From the NCBI GenBank assembly GCA_964016885.1, contig OZ024742.1, forward strand, positions 167,028,001 through 167,092,000: 64,000 nucleotides of DNA, in the 5' to 3' direction. A model generated the notes under the pieces. It ran no database searches. It was not told where the DNA came from and saw only the letters and a program-made list of their open reading frames with translations. Made by a program: the position numbers and the translations under genes. This DNA is from Eledone cirrhosa (Eukaryota). Shown in pieces: positions 13,701 to 26,550 of the stretch; position 1 is the stretch's first letter; every line of letters starts with the position of its first letter.

Positions 13701-16325
13701 GGGGAGATAATTTGTAAAAAAAATCAGGGGGAGATAATTTGTAAAAAAAAATCAGGGGGAGATAATTTGTAAAAAAAAATCAGGGGGAGATAATTTGTAA
13801 AAAAAATCAAGGAGAGATAATTTCCAGCCGTCCAAGGGAAGATAATTTCAAGCCCTCCAAGGGGCTATAATTTCCAGTGTCCAAGGGGAGATAATTTCCA
13901 GCCAGCGAAGGGGAGATAATTTTTTTTTAAAAATCAGGGGGAGATTTGTAAAAAAAATCAAGGGGAGATAATTTGTAAAAAAAATCAAAGGGAGATAATT
14001 TCTAGCCGTCCAAGGGGAGATAATTTCGAGCCAAGGGGAGATAATTTCCAGCCGTACAAGGGGAGATAATTTTTTAAAAAATCAGGTGGAGATAATTTGT
14101 AAAAAAAAATCAGGGGGAGATAATTTGTAAAAACAAAATCAAGGGCAGATAATTTCCAGCTGTCCAAGGGGAGATAATTTCCAGCCGTGCAAGGGGAGAT
14201 AATTTCCAGCCGTCCAAGGGGAGATAATTTCCATCCTTCCAAGGGGAGATAATTTCCAGCCGTCCAAGGGGAGATAATTTCCCGCCAGCCAAGGGAAGAT
14301 AATTTTTTACAAAATCAGGCGGAGATTGTAAAAAAAATCAGGGGGAGATAATTTGTAAAAAAATCAGGGGGAGATAATTTGTAAAAAAATCAAGGGGAGA
14401 TAATTTCCAGCCGTCCAAGGGGAGGTAATATCTAGCCGTCCAAGGGGAGATAATTTCCAGCCGTCCAAGGGGAGATAATTTCCAGCCGTCCAAGGGTAGA
14501 TAATATCCAGCCGTCCAAGGAGACATATTTTCCAGCCGTCCAAGGAGAGGTAATTTCTAGCCGTCCAAGGGGAGATAAATTCCAGCCTCCAAGGGGAGAT
14601 AATTTCCAGCCAGCCAAGGGGAGATAATTTGTAAAAAAATCAGGGGGAGATAATTTGTAAAAAAAATCAGGGGGAGATAATTTGTAAAAAAAAATCAGGG
14701 GGAGATAATTTGTAAAAAAAATCAGGGGGAGATAATTTGTAAAAAAAATCAAGGGTAGATAATTTCCAGCCGTCCAAGGGGAGATAATTTTCAGCCGTCC
14801 AAGGGGAGATAATTTCCCGCCAGCCAAGGGAAGATAATATTTAAAAAATGAGGCGGAGATAATTTGTAAAAAAAATCAGGGGGAGATAATTTGTAAAAAA
14901 ATCAGGGGGAGATAATTTGTAAAAAAAAAATCAGGGGGAGATAATTTGTAAAAAAAATCAGGGGGAGATTATTTGTAAAAAAAAATCAGGGGTAGATAAT
15001 TTGTAAAAAAAAATCAGGGGGAGATAATTTGTAAAAAAAATCAAGGGGAGATAATTTCCAGCCGTCCAAGGGAAGATAATTTCAAGCCCTCCAAGGGGCT
15101 ATAATTTCCAGTGTCCAAGGGGAGATAATTTCCAGCCAGCGAAGGGGAGATAATTTTTTTTTAAAAATCAGGGGGAGATTTGTAAAAAAAATCAGGGGGA
15201 GATAATTTGTAAAAAAAATCAAAGGGAGATAATTTCCAGCCGTCCAAAGAGAGATAATTTCTAGCCGTCCAAGGGGAGATAATTTCGAGCCAAGGGGAGA
15301 TAATTTCCAGCCGTCCAAGGGGAGATAATTTTTTAAAAAATCAGGTGGAGATAATTTGTAAAAAAAATCAGGGGGAGATAATTTGTAAAAACAAAATCAA
15401 GGGCAGATAATTTCCAGCTGTCCAAGGGGAGATAATTTCCAGCCGTGCAAGGGGAGATAATTTCCAGCCGTCCAAGGGGAGATAATTTCCATCCTTCCAA
15501 GGGGAGATAATTTCCAGCCGTCCAAGGGGAGATAATTTCCCGCCAGCCAAGGGAAGATAATTTTTTAAAAAATCAGGCGGAGATTGTAAAAAAAATCAGG
15601 GGGAGATAATTTGTAAAAAAATCAGGGGGAGATAATTTGTAAAAAAATCAAGGGAAGATAATTTCCAGCTGTCCAAGGGGAGGTAATATCTAACCGTCCA
15701 AGGGGAGATAATTTCCAGCCGTCCAAGGGGAGATAATTTCCAGCCGTCCAAGGGTAGATAATATCCAGCCGTCCAAGGAGACATATTTTCCAGCCCTCCA
15801 AGGAGAGGTAATTTCTAGCCGTCCAAGTGGAGATAAATTCCAGCCTCCAAGGGGAGATAATTTCCAGCCAGCCAAGGGGAGATAATTTGTAAAAAAATCA
15901 GGGGGAGATAATTTGTAAAAAAAAATCAGGGGGAGATAATTTTTAAAAAAAATCAGGGGGAGATAATTTGTAAAAAAAATCAAGGGGAGATAATTTCCAG
16001 CCGTCCAAGGGGAGATAATTTTCAGCCGTCCAAGGGGAGATAATTTCCCGCCAGCCAAGGGAAGATAATATTTAAAAAATGAGGCGGAGATAATTTGTAA
16101 AAAAAATCAGGGGGAGATAATTTGTAAAAAAATCAGGGGGAGATAATTTGTAAAAAAAAAATCAGGGGGAGATAATTTGTAAAAAAAATCAGGGGGAGAT
16201 AATTTGTAAAAAAAAATCAGGGGTAGATAATTTGTAAAAAAAAATCAGGGGGAGATAATTTGTAAAAAAAATCAGGGGGAGATAATTTGTAAAAAAAATC
16301 AAGGGGAGATAATTTCCAGCCGTCC
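10790..16325 (+). repeat. ~5.5 kb HOR, copy 2
   Basis: Same offsets as copy 1. It has ~216 bp extra near 11220-11460 and lacks four A monomers (100 bp) near 13195. Confidence 0.9.
13806..16325 (+). repeat. Nested ~1.25 kb tandem pair inside 5.5 kb copy 2
   Basis: ORF-track offsets 14110/15368 and 14338/15596 are both +1258. Confidence 0.85.
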
Positions 16326-16772
16326 CAGGAGAGATAATTTAAAAAAAAAATCAGGCGGAGATAATTTGTAAAAAAAAATCAGGGGGAGATAATTTGTAAA
16401 AAAAAATCAGGGGGAGATAATTTGTAAAAAAAATCAAGGGGAGATAATTTCCAGCCGTCCAAGGGGAGATAATTTTCAGCCGTCCAAGGGGAGATAATTT
16501 CCAGCCGTCCAAGGGGAGATAATTTAAAAAAAAAAATCAGGCGGAGATAATTTGTAAAAAAAATCAAGGGGAGATAATTTGCAACCGTCCAAGGGGACAT
16601 AATTTTCAGTCGTCCAAGGAGAGGTAATTTCTAGCCGTCCAAGGGGAGATAATTTCCAGCCGTCCAAGGGGAGATAATTTCCAGCCGTCCAAGGGGAGAT
16701 AATTTTTTTTTAAAAATCAGGCGGAGATAATTTGTAAAAAAAAAATCAGGGGGAGATAATTTGTAAAAAAAA

Positions 16773-19700
16773 TCAAGGGGAGATAATTTCCAGCCGTCCA
16801 AGGGAAGATAATTTCCAGCCCTCCAAGGGGCTATAATTTCCAGCGTCCAAGGGGAGATAATTTCCAGCCAGCGAAGGGGAGATAATTTTTTTAAAAAAAT
16901 CATTGGGAGATTTGTAAAAAAAATCAGGGAGAGATAATTTGTAAAAAAAATCAAGGGGAGATAATTTCCAGCCGTCCAAGGGGAGGTAATATCTAGCCGT
17001 CCAAGGGGAGATAATTTCCAGCCGTCCAAGGGGAGATAATTTCCAGCCGTCCAAGGGTAGATAATATCCAGCCGTCCAAGTAGACATTTTCCAGCCGTCC
17101 AAGGAGAGGTAATTTCTAGCCGTCCAAGGGGAGATAAATTCCAGCCTCCAAGGGGAGATAATTTCCAGCCAGCCAAGGGGAGATAATTTGTAAAAAAATC
17201 AGGGGGAGATAATTTGTAAAAAAATCAGGGGGAGATAATTTGTAAAAAAAAATCAGGGGGAGATAATTTGTAAAAAAAAATCAGGGGGAGATAATTTGTA
17301 AAAAAAATCAAGGGGAGATAATTTCCAGCCGTCCAAGGGGAGATAATTTCCATCCTTCCAAGGGGAGATAATTTCCAGCCGTCCAAGGGGAGATAATTTC
17401 CCGCCAGCCAAGGGAAGATAATTTTTAAAAAAATCAGGCGGAGATTGTAAAAAAAATCAGGGGGAGATAATTTGTAAAAAAATCAGGGGGAGATAATTTG
17501 TAAAAAAAAAATCAGGGGGAGACAATTTGTAAAAAAAATCAGGGGGAAATAATTTGTAAAAAAAAATCAAGGGGAGATAATTTGTACAAAAAATCAGGGG
17601 TATATAATTTGTAAAAAAAAATCAGGGGGAGATAATTTGTAAAAAAAAATCAGGGGGAGATAATTTGTAAAAAAAATCAAGGGGAGATAATTTGCAGCCG
17701 TCCAAGGGGAGATAATTTTCAGCCGTCCAAGGAGAGGTAATTTCTAGCCGTCCAAGGTGAGATAATATCCAGCCGTCCAAGGGGAGATAATTTCCAGCCG
17801 TCCAAGGGGAGATAATTTTTAAAAAAAAACAGGCGAAGATAATTTGTAAAAAAAAAATCAGGGGGAGATAATTTGTAAAAAAAAATCAGGGGGAGATAAT
17901 TTGTAAAAAAAAATCAGGGGGAGGTAATTTGTAAAAAAAATCAAGGGGAGATAATTTCCAGCCGTCCAAGGGAAGATAATTTCCAGCCCTCCAAGGGGCT
18001 ATAATTTCCAGCGTCCAAGGGGAGATAATTTCCAGCCAGCGAAGGGGAGATAATTGTTTTAAAAAAATCATTGGGAGATTTGTAAAAAAAATCAGGGGGA
18101 GATAATTAATAAAAAAAATCAAGGGGAGATAATTCCAGCCGTCCAAGGGGAGGTAATATCTAGCCGTCCAAGGGGAGATAATTTCCAGCCGTCCAAGGGG
18201 AGATAATTTCCAGCCGTTCAAGGGTAGATAATATCCAGCCGTCCAAGGAGACATATTTTCCAGCCGTGCAAGGAGAGGTAATTTCTAGCCGTCCAAGGGG
18301 AGATAAATTCCAGCCTCCAAGGGGAGATAATTTCCAGCCAGCCAAGGGGAGATAATTTGTAAAAAAATCAGGGGGAGATAATTTGTAAAAAAAGTCAGGG
18401 GTAGATAATTTGTAAAAAAAAATCAGGGGGAGATAATTTGTAAAAAAAAATCAGGGGGAGATAATTTGTAAAAAAAATCAAGGGGAGATAATTTCCAGCC
18501 ATCCAAGGAGAGATAATTTTTAAAAAAAATCAGGCGGAGATAATTTGTAAAAAAAAATCAGGGGGAGATAATTTGTAAAAAAAATCAGGGGGTGATAATT
18601 TGTAAAAAAAATCAAGGGGAGATAATTTCCAGCCGTCCAAGGGGAGATAATTTCCAGCCGTCCAAGGGGACATAAATTTTTTAAAAAAATCAGGCGGAGA
18701 TAATTTGTAAAAAAAATCAGGGGGAGATAAATTGTAAAAAAAAATCAGGGGGAGATAATTTGTAAAAAAAATCAGGGGGAGATAATTTCCAGCCGTCCAA
18801 GGTAAGATAATTTCCAGCCCTCCAAGGGGCTATAATTTCCAGCATCCAAGGGGAGATAATTTCCAGCCGTCCAAGGGTAGATAATATCCAGCCGTCCAAG
18901 TAGACATATTTTCCAGCCGTCCAAGGAGAGGTAATTTCTAGCCGTCCAAGGGGAGATAAATTCCAGCCTCCAAGGGGAGATAATTTCCAGCCAGCCAAGG
19001 GGAGATAATTTGTAAAAAAATCAGGGGGAGATAATTTGTAAAAAAAATCAGGGGGAGATAATTTGTAAAAAAAAATCAGGGGGAGATAATTTGTAAAAAA
19101 AAATCAGGGGGAGATAATTTCCAGCCGTCCAAGGGGAGATAATTTTCAGCCGTCCAAGGGTAGATAATATCCAGCCGTCCAAGTAGACATTTTCCAGCCG
19201 TCCAAGGAGAGGTAATTTCTAGCCGTCCAAGGGGAGATAAATTCCAGCCTCCAAGGGGAGATAATTTCCAGCCAGCCAAGGGGAGATAATTTGTAAAAAA
19301 ATCAGGGGGAGATAATTTGTAAAAAAAATCAGGGGGAGATAATTTGTAAAAAAAAATCAGGGGGAGATAATTTGTAAAAAAAAATCAGGGGGAGATAATT
19401 TGTAAAAAAAAATCAAGGGGAGATAATTTCCAGCCGTCCAAGGGGAGATAATTTTCAGCCGTCCAAGGGGAGATAATTTCCAGCCGTCCAAGGGGAGATA
19501 ATTTCCATCCTTCCAAGGGGAGATAATTTCCAGCCTTCCAAGGGGAGATAATTTTCAGCCGTCCAAGGGGAGATAATTTCCCGCCAGCCAAGGGAAGATA
19601 ATATTTTAAAAAATCAGGCGGAGATAATTTGTAAAAAAAATCAGGGGGAGATAATTTGTAAAAAAATCAGGGGGAGATAATTTGTAAAAAAAAAATCAGG

Positions 19701-22700
19701 GGGAGATAATTTGTAAAAAAAATCAGGGGGAGATAATTTGTAAAAAAAAATCAGGGGTAGATAATTTGTAAAAAAAAATCAGGGGGAGATAATTTGTAAA
19801 AAAAAAATCAGGGGGAGATAATTTGTAAAAAAAATCAAGGGGAGATAATTTCCAGCCGTCCAAGGAGAGATAATTTTTAAAAAAAATCAGGCGGAGATAA
19901 TTTGTAAAAAAAAATCAGGGGGAGATAATTTCCAGCCGTCGAAGGGAAGATAATTTCCAGCCCTCCAAGGGGCTATAATTTCCAGCGTCCAAGGGGAGAT
20001 AATTTCCAGCCAGCGAAGGGGAGATAATTTTTTTAAAAAAATCATTGGGAGATTTGTAAAAAAAATCAGGGGGAGATAATTTGTAAAAAAAATCAAGGGG
20101 AGATAATTTCCAGCCGTCCAAGGGGAGGTAATATCTAGCCGTCCAAGGGGAGATAATTTCCAGCCGTCCAAGGGGAGATAATTTCCAGCCGTCCAAGGGT
20201 AGATAATATCCAGCCGTCCAAGTAGACATTTTCCAGCCGTCCAAGGAGAGGTAATTTCTAGCCGTCCAAGGGGAGATAAATTCCAGCCTCCAAGGGGAGA
20301 TAATTTCCAGCCAGCCAAGGGGAGATAATTTGTAAAAAAATCAGGGGGAGATAATTTGTAAAAAAAATCAGGGGGAGATAATTTGTAAAAAAAAATCAGG
20401 GGGAGATAATTTGTAAAAAAAAATCAGGGGGAGATAATTTGTAAAAAAAAATCAGGGGGAGATAATTTGTAAAAAAAATCAAGGGGAGATAATTTCCAGC
20501 CGTCCAAGGGGAGATAATTTTCAGCCGTCCAAGGGGAGATAATTTCCAGCCGTCCAAGGGGAGATAATTTCCATCCTTCCAAGGGGAGATAATTTGTAAA
20601 AAAAAATCAGGGGGAGATAATTTGTAAAAAAAAATCAAGGGGAGATAATTTCCAGCCGTCCAAGGGGAGATAATTTTCAGCCGTCCAAGGGGAGATAATT
20701 TCCCGCCAGCCAAGGGAAGATAATATTTAAAAAAATCAGGCGGAGATAATTTGTAAAAAAAATCAGGGGGAGATAATTTGTAAAAAAATCAGGGGGAGAT
20801 AATTTGTAAAAAAAAAATCAGGGGGAGATAATTTGTAAAAAAAATCAGGAGGAGATAATTTGTAAAAAAAAATCAGGGGTAGATAATTTGTAAAAAAAAA
20901 TCAGGGGGAGATAATTTGTAAAAAAAAATCAGGGGGAGATAATTTGTAAAAAAAATCAAGGGGAGATAATTTCCAGCCGTCCAAGGAGAGATAATTTAAA
21001 AAAAAAATCAGGCGGAGATAATTTGTAAAAAAAAATCAAGGGGAGATAATTTGTAAAAAAAAATCAGGGGGAGATAATTTGTAAAAAAAATCAAGGGGAG
21101 ATAATTTCCAGCCGTCCAAGGGAAGATAATTTCCAGCACTCCAAGGGGCTATAATTTCCAGTGTCCAAGGGGAGATAATTTCCAGCCAGCGAAGGGGAGA
21201 TAATTTTTTTAAAAAAATCAGGGGGAGATATGTAAAAAAAATCAGAGGGAGATAATTTCTAAAAAAAATCAAAGGGAGATAATTTCCAGCCGTCCAAAGA
21301 GAGATAATTTCTAGCCGTCCAAGGGGAGATAATTTCCAGCCAAGGGGAGATAATTTCCAGCCGTCCAAAGGGGAGATAATTTTTTAAAAAATCAGGTGGA
21401 GATAATTTGTAAAAAAAATCAGGGGGAGATAATTTGTAAAAACAAAATCAAGGGCAGATAATTTCCAGCCGTCCAAGGGGAGATAATTTCCATCCTTCCA
21501 AGGGGAGATAATCTCCAGCCGTCCAAGGGGAGATAATTTCCCGCCAGCCAAGGGAAGATAATTTTTAAAAAAATCAGGCGGAGATTGTAAAAAAAATCAG
21601 GGGGAGATAATTTGTAAAAAAATCAGGGGGAGATAATTTGTAAAAAAAAAATCAGGGGAGATAATTTGTAAAAAAAAATCAGGGGGAGATAATTTGTAAA
21701 AAAAAAATCAGGGGGAGATAATTTGTAAAAAATAATCAGGGGTAGATAATTTGTAAAAAAAAATCAGGGGGAGATAATTTGTAAAAAAAAATCAGGGGGA
21801 GATAATTTGTAAAAAAATCAACGGGAGATAATATGCAGCCGTCCAAGGGGAGATAATTTTCAGCCGTCCAAGGAGAGGTAATTTCTAGCCGTCCAAGGGG
21901 AGATAATTTCCAGCCGTCCAAGGGGAGATAATTTCAAGCCGTCCAAGGGGAGATAGTTTTTTTAAAAAAATCAGGCGGAGATAATTTGTAAAAAAAAATC
22001 AGGGGGAGATAATTTGTAAAAAAAATCAGGGGGAGATAATTTGTAAAAAAAATCAAGGGGAGATAATTTCCAGCCGTCCAAGGGAAGATAATTTCAAGCC
22101 CTCCAAGGGGCTATAATTTCCAGTGTCCAAGGGGAGATAATTTCCAGCCAGCGAAGGGGAGATATTTTTTTTTTAAAAATCAGGGGGAGATTTGTAAAAA
22201 AAATCAGGGGGAGATAATTTGCAAAAAAAATCAAAGGGAGATAATTTCCAGCCGTCCAAAGAGAGATAATTTCTAGCCGTCCAAGGGGAGATAATTTCGA
22301 GCCAAGGGGAGATAATTTCCAGCCGTCCAAGGGGAGATAATTTTTTAAAAAATCAGGTGGAGATAATTTGTAAAAAAAATCAGGGGGAGATAATTTGTAA
22401 AAACAAAATCAAGGGCAGATAATTTCCAGCTGTCCAAGGGGAGATAATTTCCAGCCGTGCAAGGGGAGATAATTTCCAGCCGTCCAAAGGGAGATAATTT
22501 CCATCCTTCCAAGGGGAGATAATTTCCAGCCGTCCAAGGGGAGATAATTTCCCGCCAGCCAAGAGAAGATAATTTTTTAAAAAATCAGGCGGAGATTGTA
22601 AAAAAAATCAGCGGGAGATAATTTGTAAAAAAATCAGGGGGAGATAATTTGTAAAAAAATCAAGGGGAGATAATTTCCAGCTCTCCAAGGGGAGGTAATA

Positions 22701-25700
22701 TCTAGCCGTCCAAGGGGAGATAATTTCCAGCCGTCCAAGGGGAGATAATTTCCAGCCGTCCAAGGGTAGATAATATCCAGCCGTCCAAGGAGACATATTT
22801 TCCAGCCGTCCAAGGAGAGGTAATTTCTAGCCGTCCAAGTGGAGATAAATTCCAGCCTCCAAGGGGAGATAATTTCCAGCCAGCCAAGGGGAGATAATTT
22901 GTAAAAAAATCAGGGGGAGATAATTTGTAAAAAAAATCAGGGGGAGATAATTTGTACAAAAAATCAGGGGTAGATAATTTGTAAAAAAAAATCAGGGGGA
23001 GATAATTTGTAAAAAAAATCAAGGGGAGATAATTTGCAGCCGTCCAAGGGGAGATAATTTTCAGCCGTCCAAGGAGAGGTAATTTCTAGCCGTCCAAGGT
23101 GAGATAATATCCAGCCGTCCAAGGGGAGATAATTTCCAGCCGTCCAAGGGGAGATAATTTTTAAAAAAAAACAGGCGGAGATAATTTGTAAAAAAAAAAT
23201 CAGGGTGAGATAATTTGTAAAAAAAAATCAGGGGGAGATAATTTGTAAAAAAAAATCAGGGGGAGGTAATTTATAAAAAAAATCAAGGGGAGATAATTTC
23301 CAGCCGTCCAAGGGAAGATAATTTCCAGCCCTCCAAGGGGCTATAATTTCCAGCGTCCAAGGGGAGATAATTTCCAGCCAGCGAAGGGGAGATAATTTTT
23401 TTTTTTTTAAATCAGGGGGACATAATTTGTAAAAAAAATAAGGGGGAGATAATCTGTAAAAAAAATCAAGGGGAGATAATTTGTAAAAAAATCAGGGGGA
23501 GATAATTTGTAAAAAAAAATCAGGGGGAGATAATTTGTAAAAAAAATCAAGGGGAGATAATTTGTAAAAAAAATCAAGGGGAGATAATTTCCAGCCGTCC
23601 AAGGGGAGATAATTTTCAGCCGTCCAAGGGGAGATAATTTCCCGCCAGCCAAGGGAAGATAATATTTAAAAAAATCAGGCGGAGATAATTTGTAAAAAAA
23701 ATCAGGGGGAGATAATTTGTAAAAAAATCAGGGGGAGATAATTTGTAAAAAAAAAATCAGGGGGAGATTTGTAAAAAAAATCAGGGGGAGATAATTTGTA
23801 AAAAAAAATCAGGGGTAGATAATTTGTAAAAAAAAATCAGGGGGAGATAATTTGTAAAAAAAAATCAGGTGGAGATAATTTGTAAAAAAAATCAATTGGA
23901 GATAATTTCCAGCCGTCCAAGGGGAGATAATTTTCAGCCGTCCAAGGAGAGGTAATTTCTAGACGTCCAAGGGGAGATAATTTCCAGCCGTCCAATGGGA
24001 GATAATTTCCAGCCGTCCAAGGGGAGATAATTTTTAAAAAAAAATCAGGCGGAGATAATTTGTAAAAAAAATCTAGGGGAGATAATTTGCAGCCGTCCAA
24101 GGGGAGATAATTTTCAGTCGTCCAAGGAGAGGTAATTTCTAGCCGTCCAAGGGGAGATAATTTCCAGCCGTCAAAGGGGAGATAATTTCCAGCCGTCCAA
24201 GGGGAGATAATTTTTTTAAAAAAATCAGGCGGAGATAATTTGTAAAAAAAATCAGGGGGAGATAATTTGTAAAAAAAAATCAGGGGGAGATAATTTGTAA
24301 AAAAAAATCAGGGGGAGATAATTTGTAAAAAAAATCAAGGAGAGATAATTTCCAGCCGTCCAAGGGAAGATAATTTCAAGCCCTCCAAGGGGCTATAATT
24401 TCCAGTGTCCAAGGGGAGATAATTTCCAGCCAGCGAAGGGGAGATAATTTTTTTTTAAAAATCAGGGGGAGATTTGTAAAAAAAATCAAGGGGAGATAAT
24501 TTGTAAAAAAATCAGGGGGAGATAATTTGTAAAAAAAAAATCAGGGGGAGATAATTTGTAAAAAAAATCAGGGGGAGATAATTTGTAAAAAAAAATCAGG
24601 GGTAGATAATTTGTAAAAAAAAATCAGGGGGAGATAATTTGTAAAAAAAAAATCAGGGGGAGATAATTTGTAAAAAAAATCAAGGGGAGATAATTTCCAG
24701 CCGTCCAAGGAGAGATAATTTTTAAAAAAAATCAGGCGGAGATAATTTGTAAAAAAAAATCAAGGGGAGATAATTTGTAAAAAAAAATCAGGGGGAGATA
24801 ATTTGTAAAAAAAATCAAGGGGAGATAATTTCCAGCCGTCCAAGGGAAGATAATTTCAAGCCCTCCAAGGGGCTATAATTTCCAGTGTCCAAGGGGAGAT
24901 AATTTCCAGCCAGCGAAGGGGAGATAATTTTTTTAAAAAAATCAGGGGGAGATATGTAAAAAAAATCAGAGGGAGATAATTTCTAAAAAAAATCAAAGGG
25001 AGATAATTTCCAGCCGTCCAAAGAGAGATAATTTCTAGCCGTCCAAGGGGAGATAATTTCCAGCCAAGGGGAGATAATTTCCAGCCGTCCAAGGGGAGAT
25101 AATTATTTAAAAAATCAGGGGGAGATAATTTGTAAAAACAAAATCAAGGGCAGATAATTTCCAGCTGTCCAAGGGGAGATAATTTCCAGCCGTGCAAGGG
25201 GAGATAATTTCCAGCCGTCCAAGGGGAGATAATTTCCATCCTTCCAAGGGGAGATAATTTCCAGCCGTCCAAGGGGAGATAATTTCCCGCCAGCCAAGGG
25301 AAGATAATTTTTTAAAAAATCAGGCGGAGATTGTAAAAAAAATCAGGGGGAGATAATTTGTAAAAAAAATCAGGGGGAGATAATTTGTAAAAAAAAAATC
25401 AGGGGAGATAATTTGTAAAAAAAAATCAGGGGGAGATAATTTGTAAAAAAAAAATCAGGGGGAGATAATTTGTAAAAAAAATCAGGGGTAGATAATTTGT
25501 AAAAAAAAATCAGGGGGAGATAATTTGTAAAAAAAAATCAGTGGGAGATAATTTGTAAAAAAATCAAGGGGAGATAATATGCAGCCGTCCAAGGGGAGAT
25601 AATTTTCAGCCGTCCAAGGAGAGTTAATTTCTAGCCGTCCAAGGGGAGATAATTTCCAGCCGTCCAAGGGGAGATAATTTCCAGCCGTCCAAGGGGAGAT

Positions 25701-26550
25701 AGTTTTTTTAAAAAAATCAGGCGGAGATAATTTGTAAAAAAAAAATCAGGGGGAGATAATTTGTAAAAAAAAATCAGGGGGAGATAATTTGTAAAAAAAA
25801 ATCAAGGGGAGATAATTTGTTAAAAAAATCAGGGGGAGATAATTAGTAAAAAAATCAAGGGGAGATAATTTCCAGCCGTCCAAGGGGAGGTAATATCTAG
25901 CCGTCCAAGGGGAGATAATTTCCAGCCGTCCAAGGGTAGATAATATCCAGCCGTCCAAGTAGACATATTTTCCAGCCGTCCAAGGAGAGGTAATTTCTAG
26001 CCGTCCAAGGGGAGATAAATTCTAGCCTCCAAGGGGAGATAATTTCCAGCAAGCCAAGGGGAGATAATTTTTAAAAAAATCAGGGGGAGATAATTTGTAA
26101 AAAAAATCAGGGGGAGATAATTTGTAAAAAAAAATCAGGGGGAGATAATTTGTAAAAAAAATCAGGGGGAGATAATTTGTAAAAAAAAATCAGGGGGAGA
26201 TAATTTGTAAAAAAAAATCAGGGGGAGATAATTTGTAAAAAAAAATCAGGGGGAGATAATTTGTAAAAAAAATCAAGGGGAGATAATTTCCAGCCGTCCA
26301 AGGGGAGATAATTTCCAGCCGTCCAAGGGGAGGTAATATCTAGCCGTCCAAGGGGAGATAATTTCCAGCCGTCCAAGAGGAGATAATTTCCAGCCGTCCA
26401 AGGGAAGATAATTTCAAGCCCTCCAAGGGGCTATAATTTCCAGTGTCCAAGGGGAGATAATTTCCAGCCAGCGAAGGGGAGATAATTTTTTTTTAAAAAT
26501 CAGGGGGAGATTTGTAAAAAAAATCAGGGGGAGATAATTTGTAAAAAAAA
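16773..26550 (+). repeat. ~9.8 kb HOR, copy 1
   Basis: Matching ORF-track entries at 16773/26551/36384/46266, 17886/27693/37525, 18717/28499/38356, 22380/32238/42096, 23407/33265/43123 and 25746/35579/45461 (offsets 9778-9882). Once-per-unit markers include GGAGACAATTTG and CAGCCGTTCAA followed by GGTAGAT. Confidence 0.95.
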
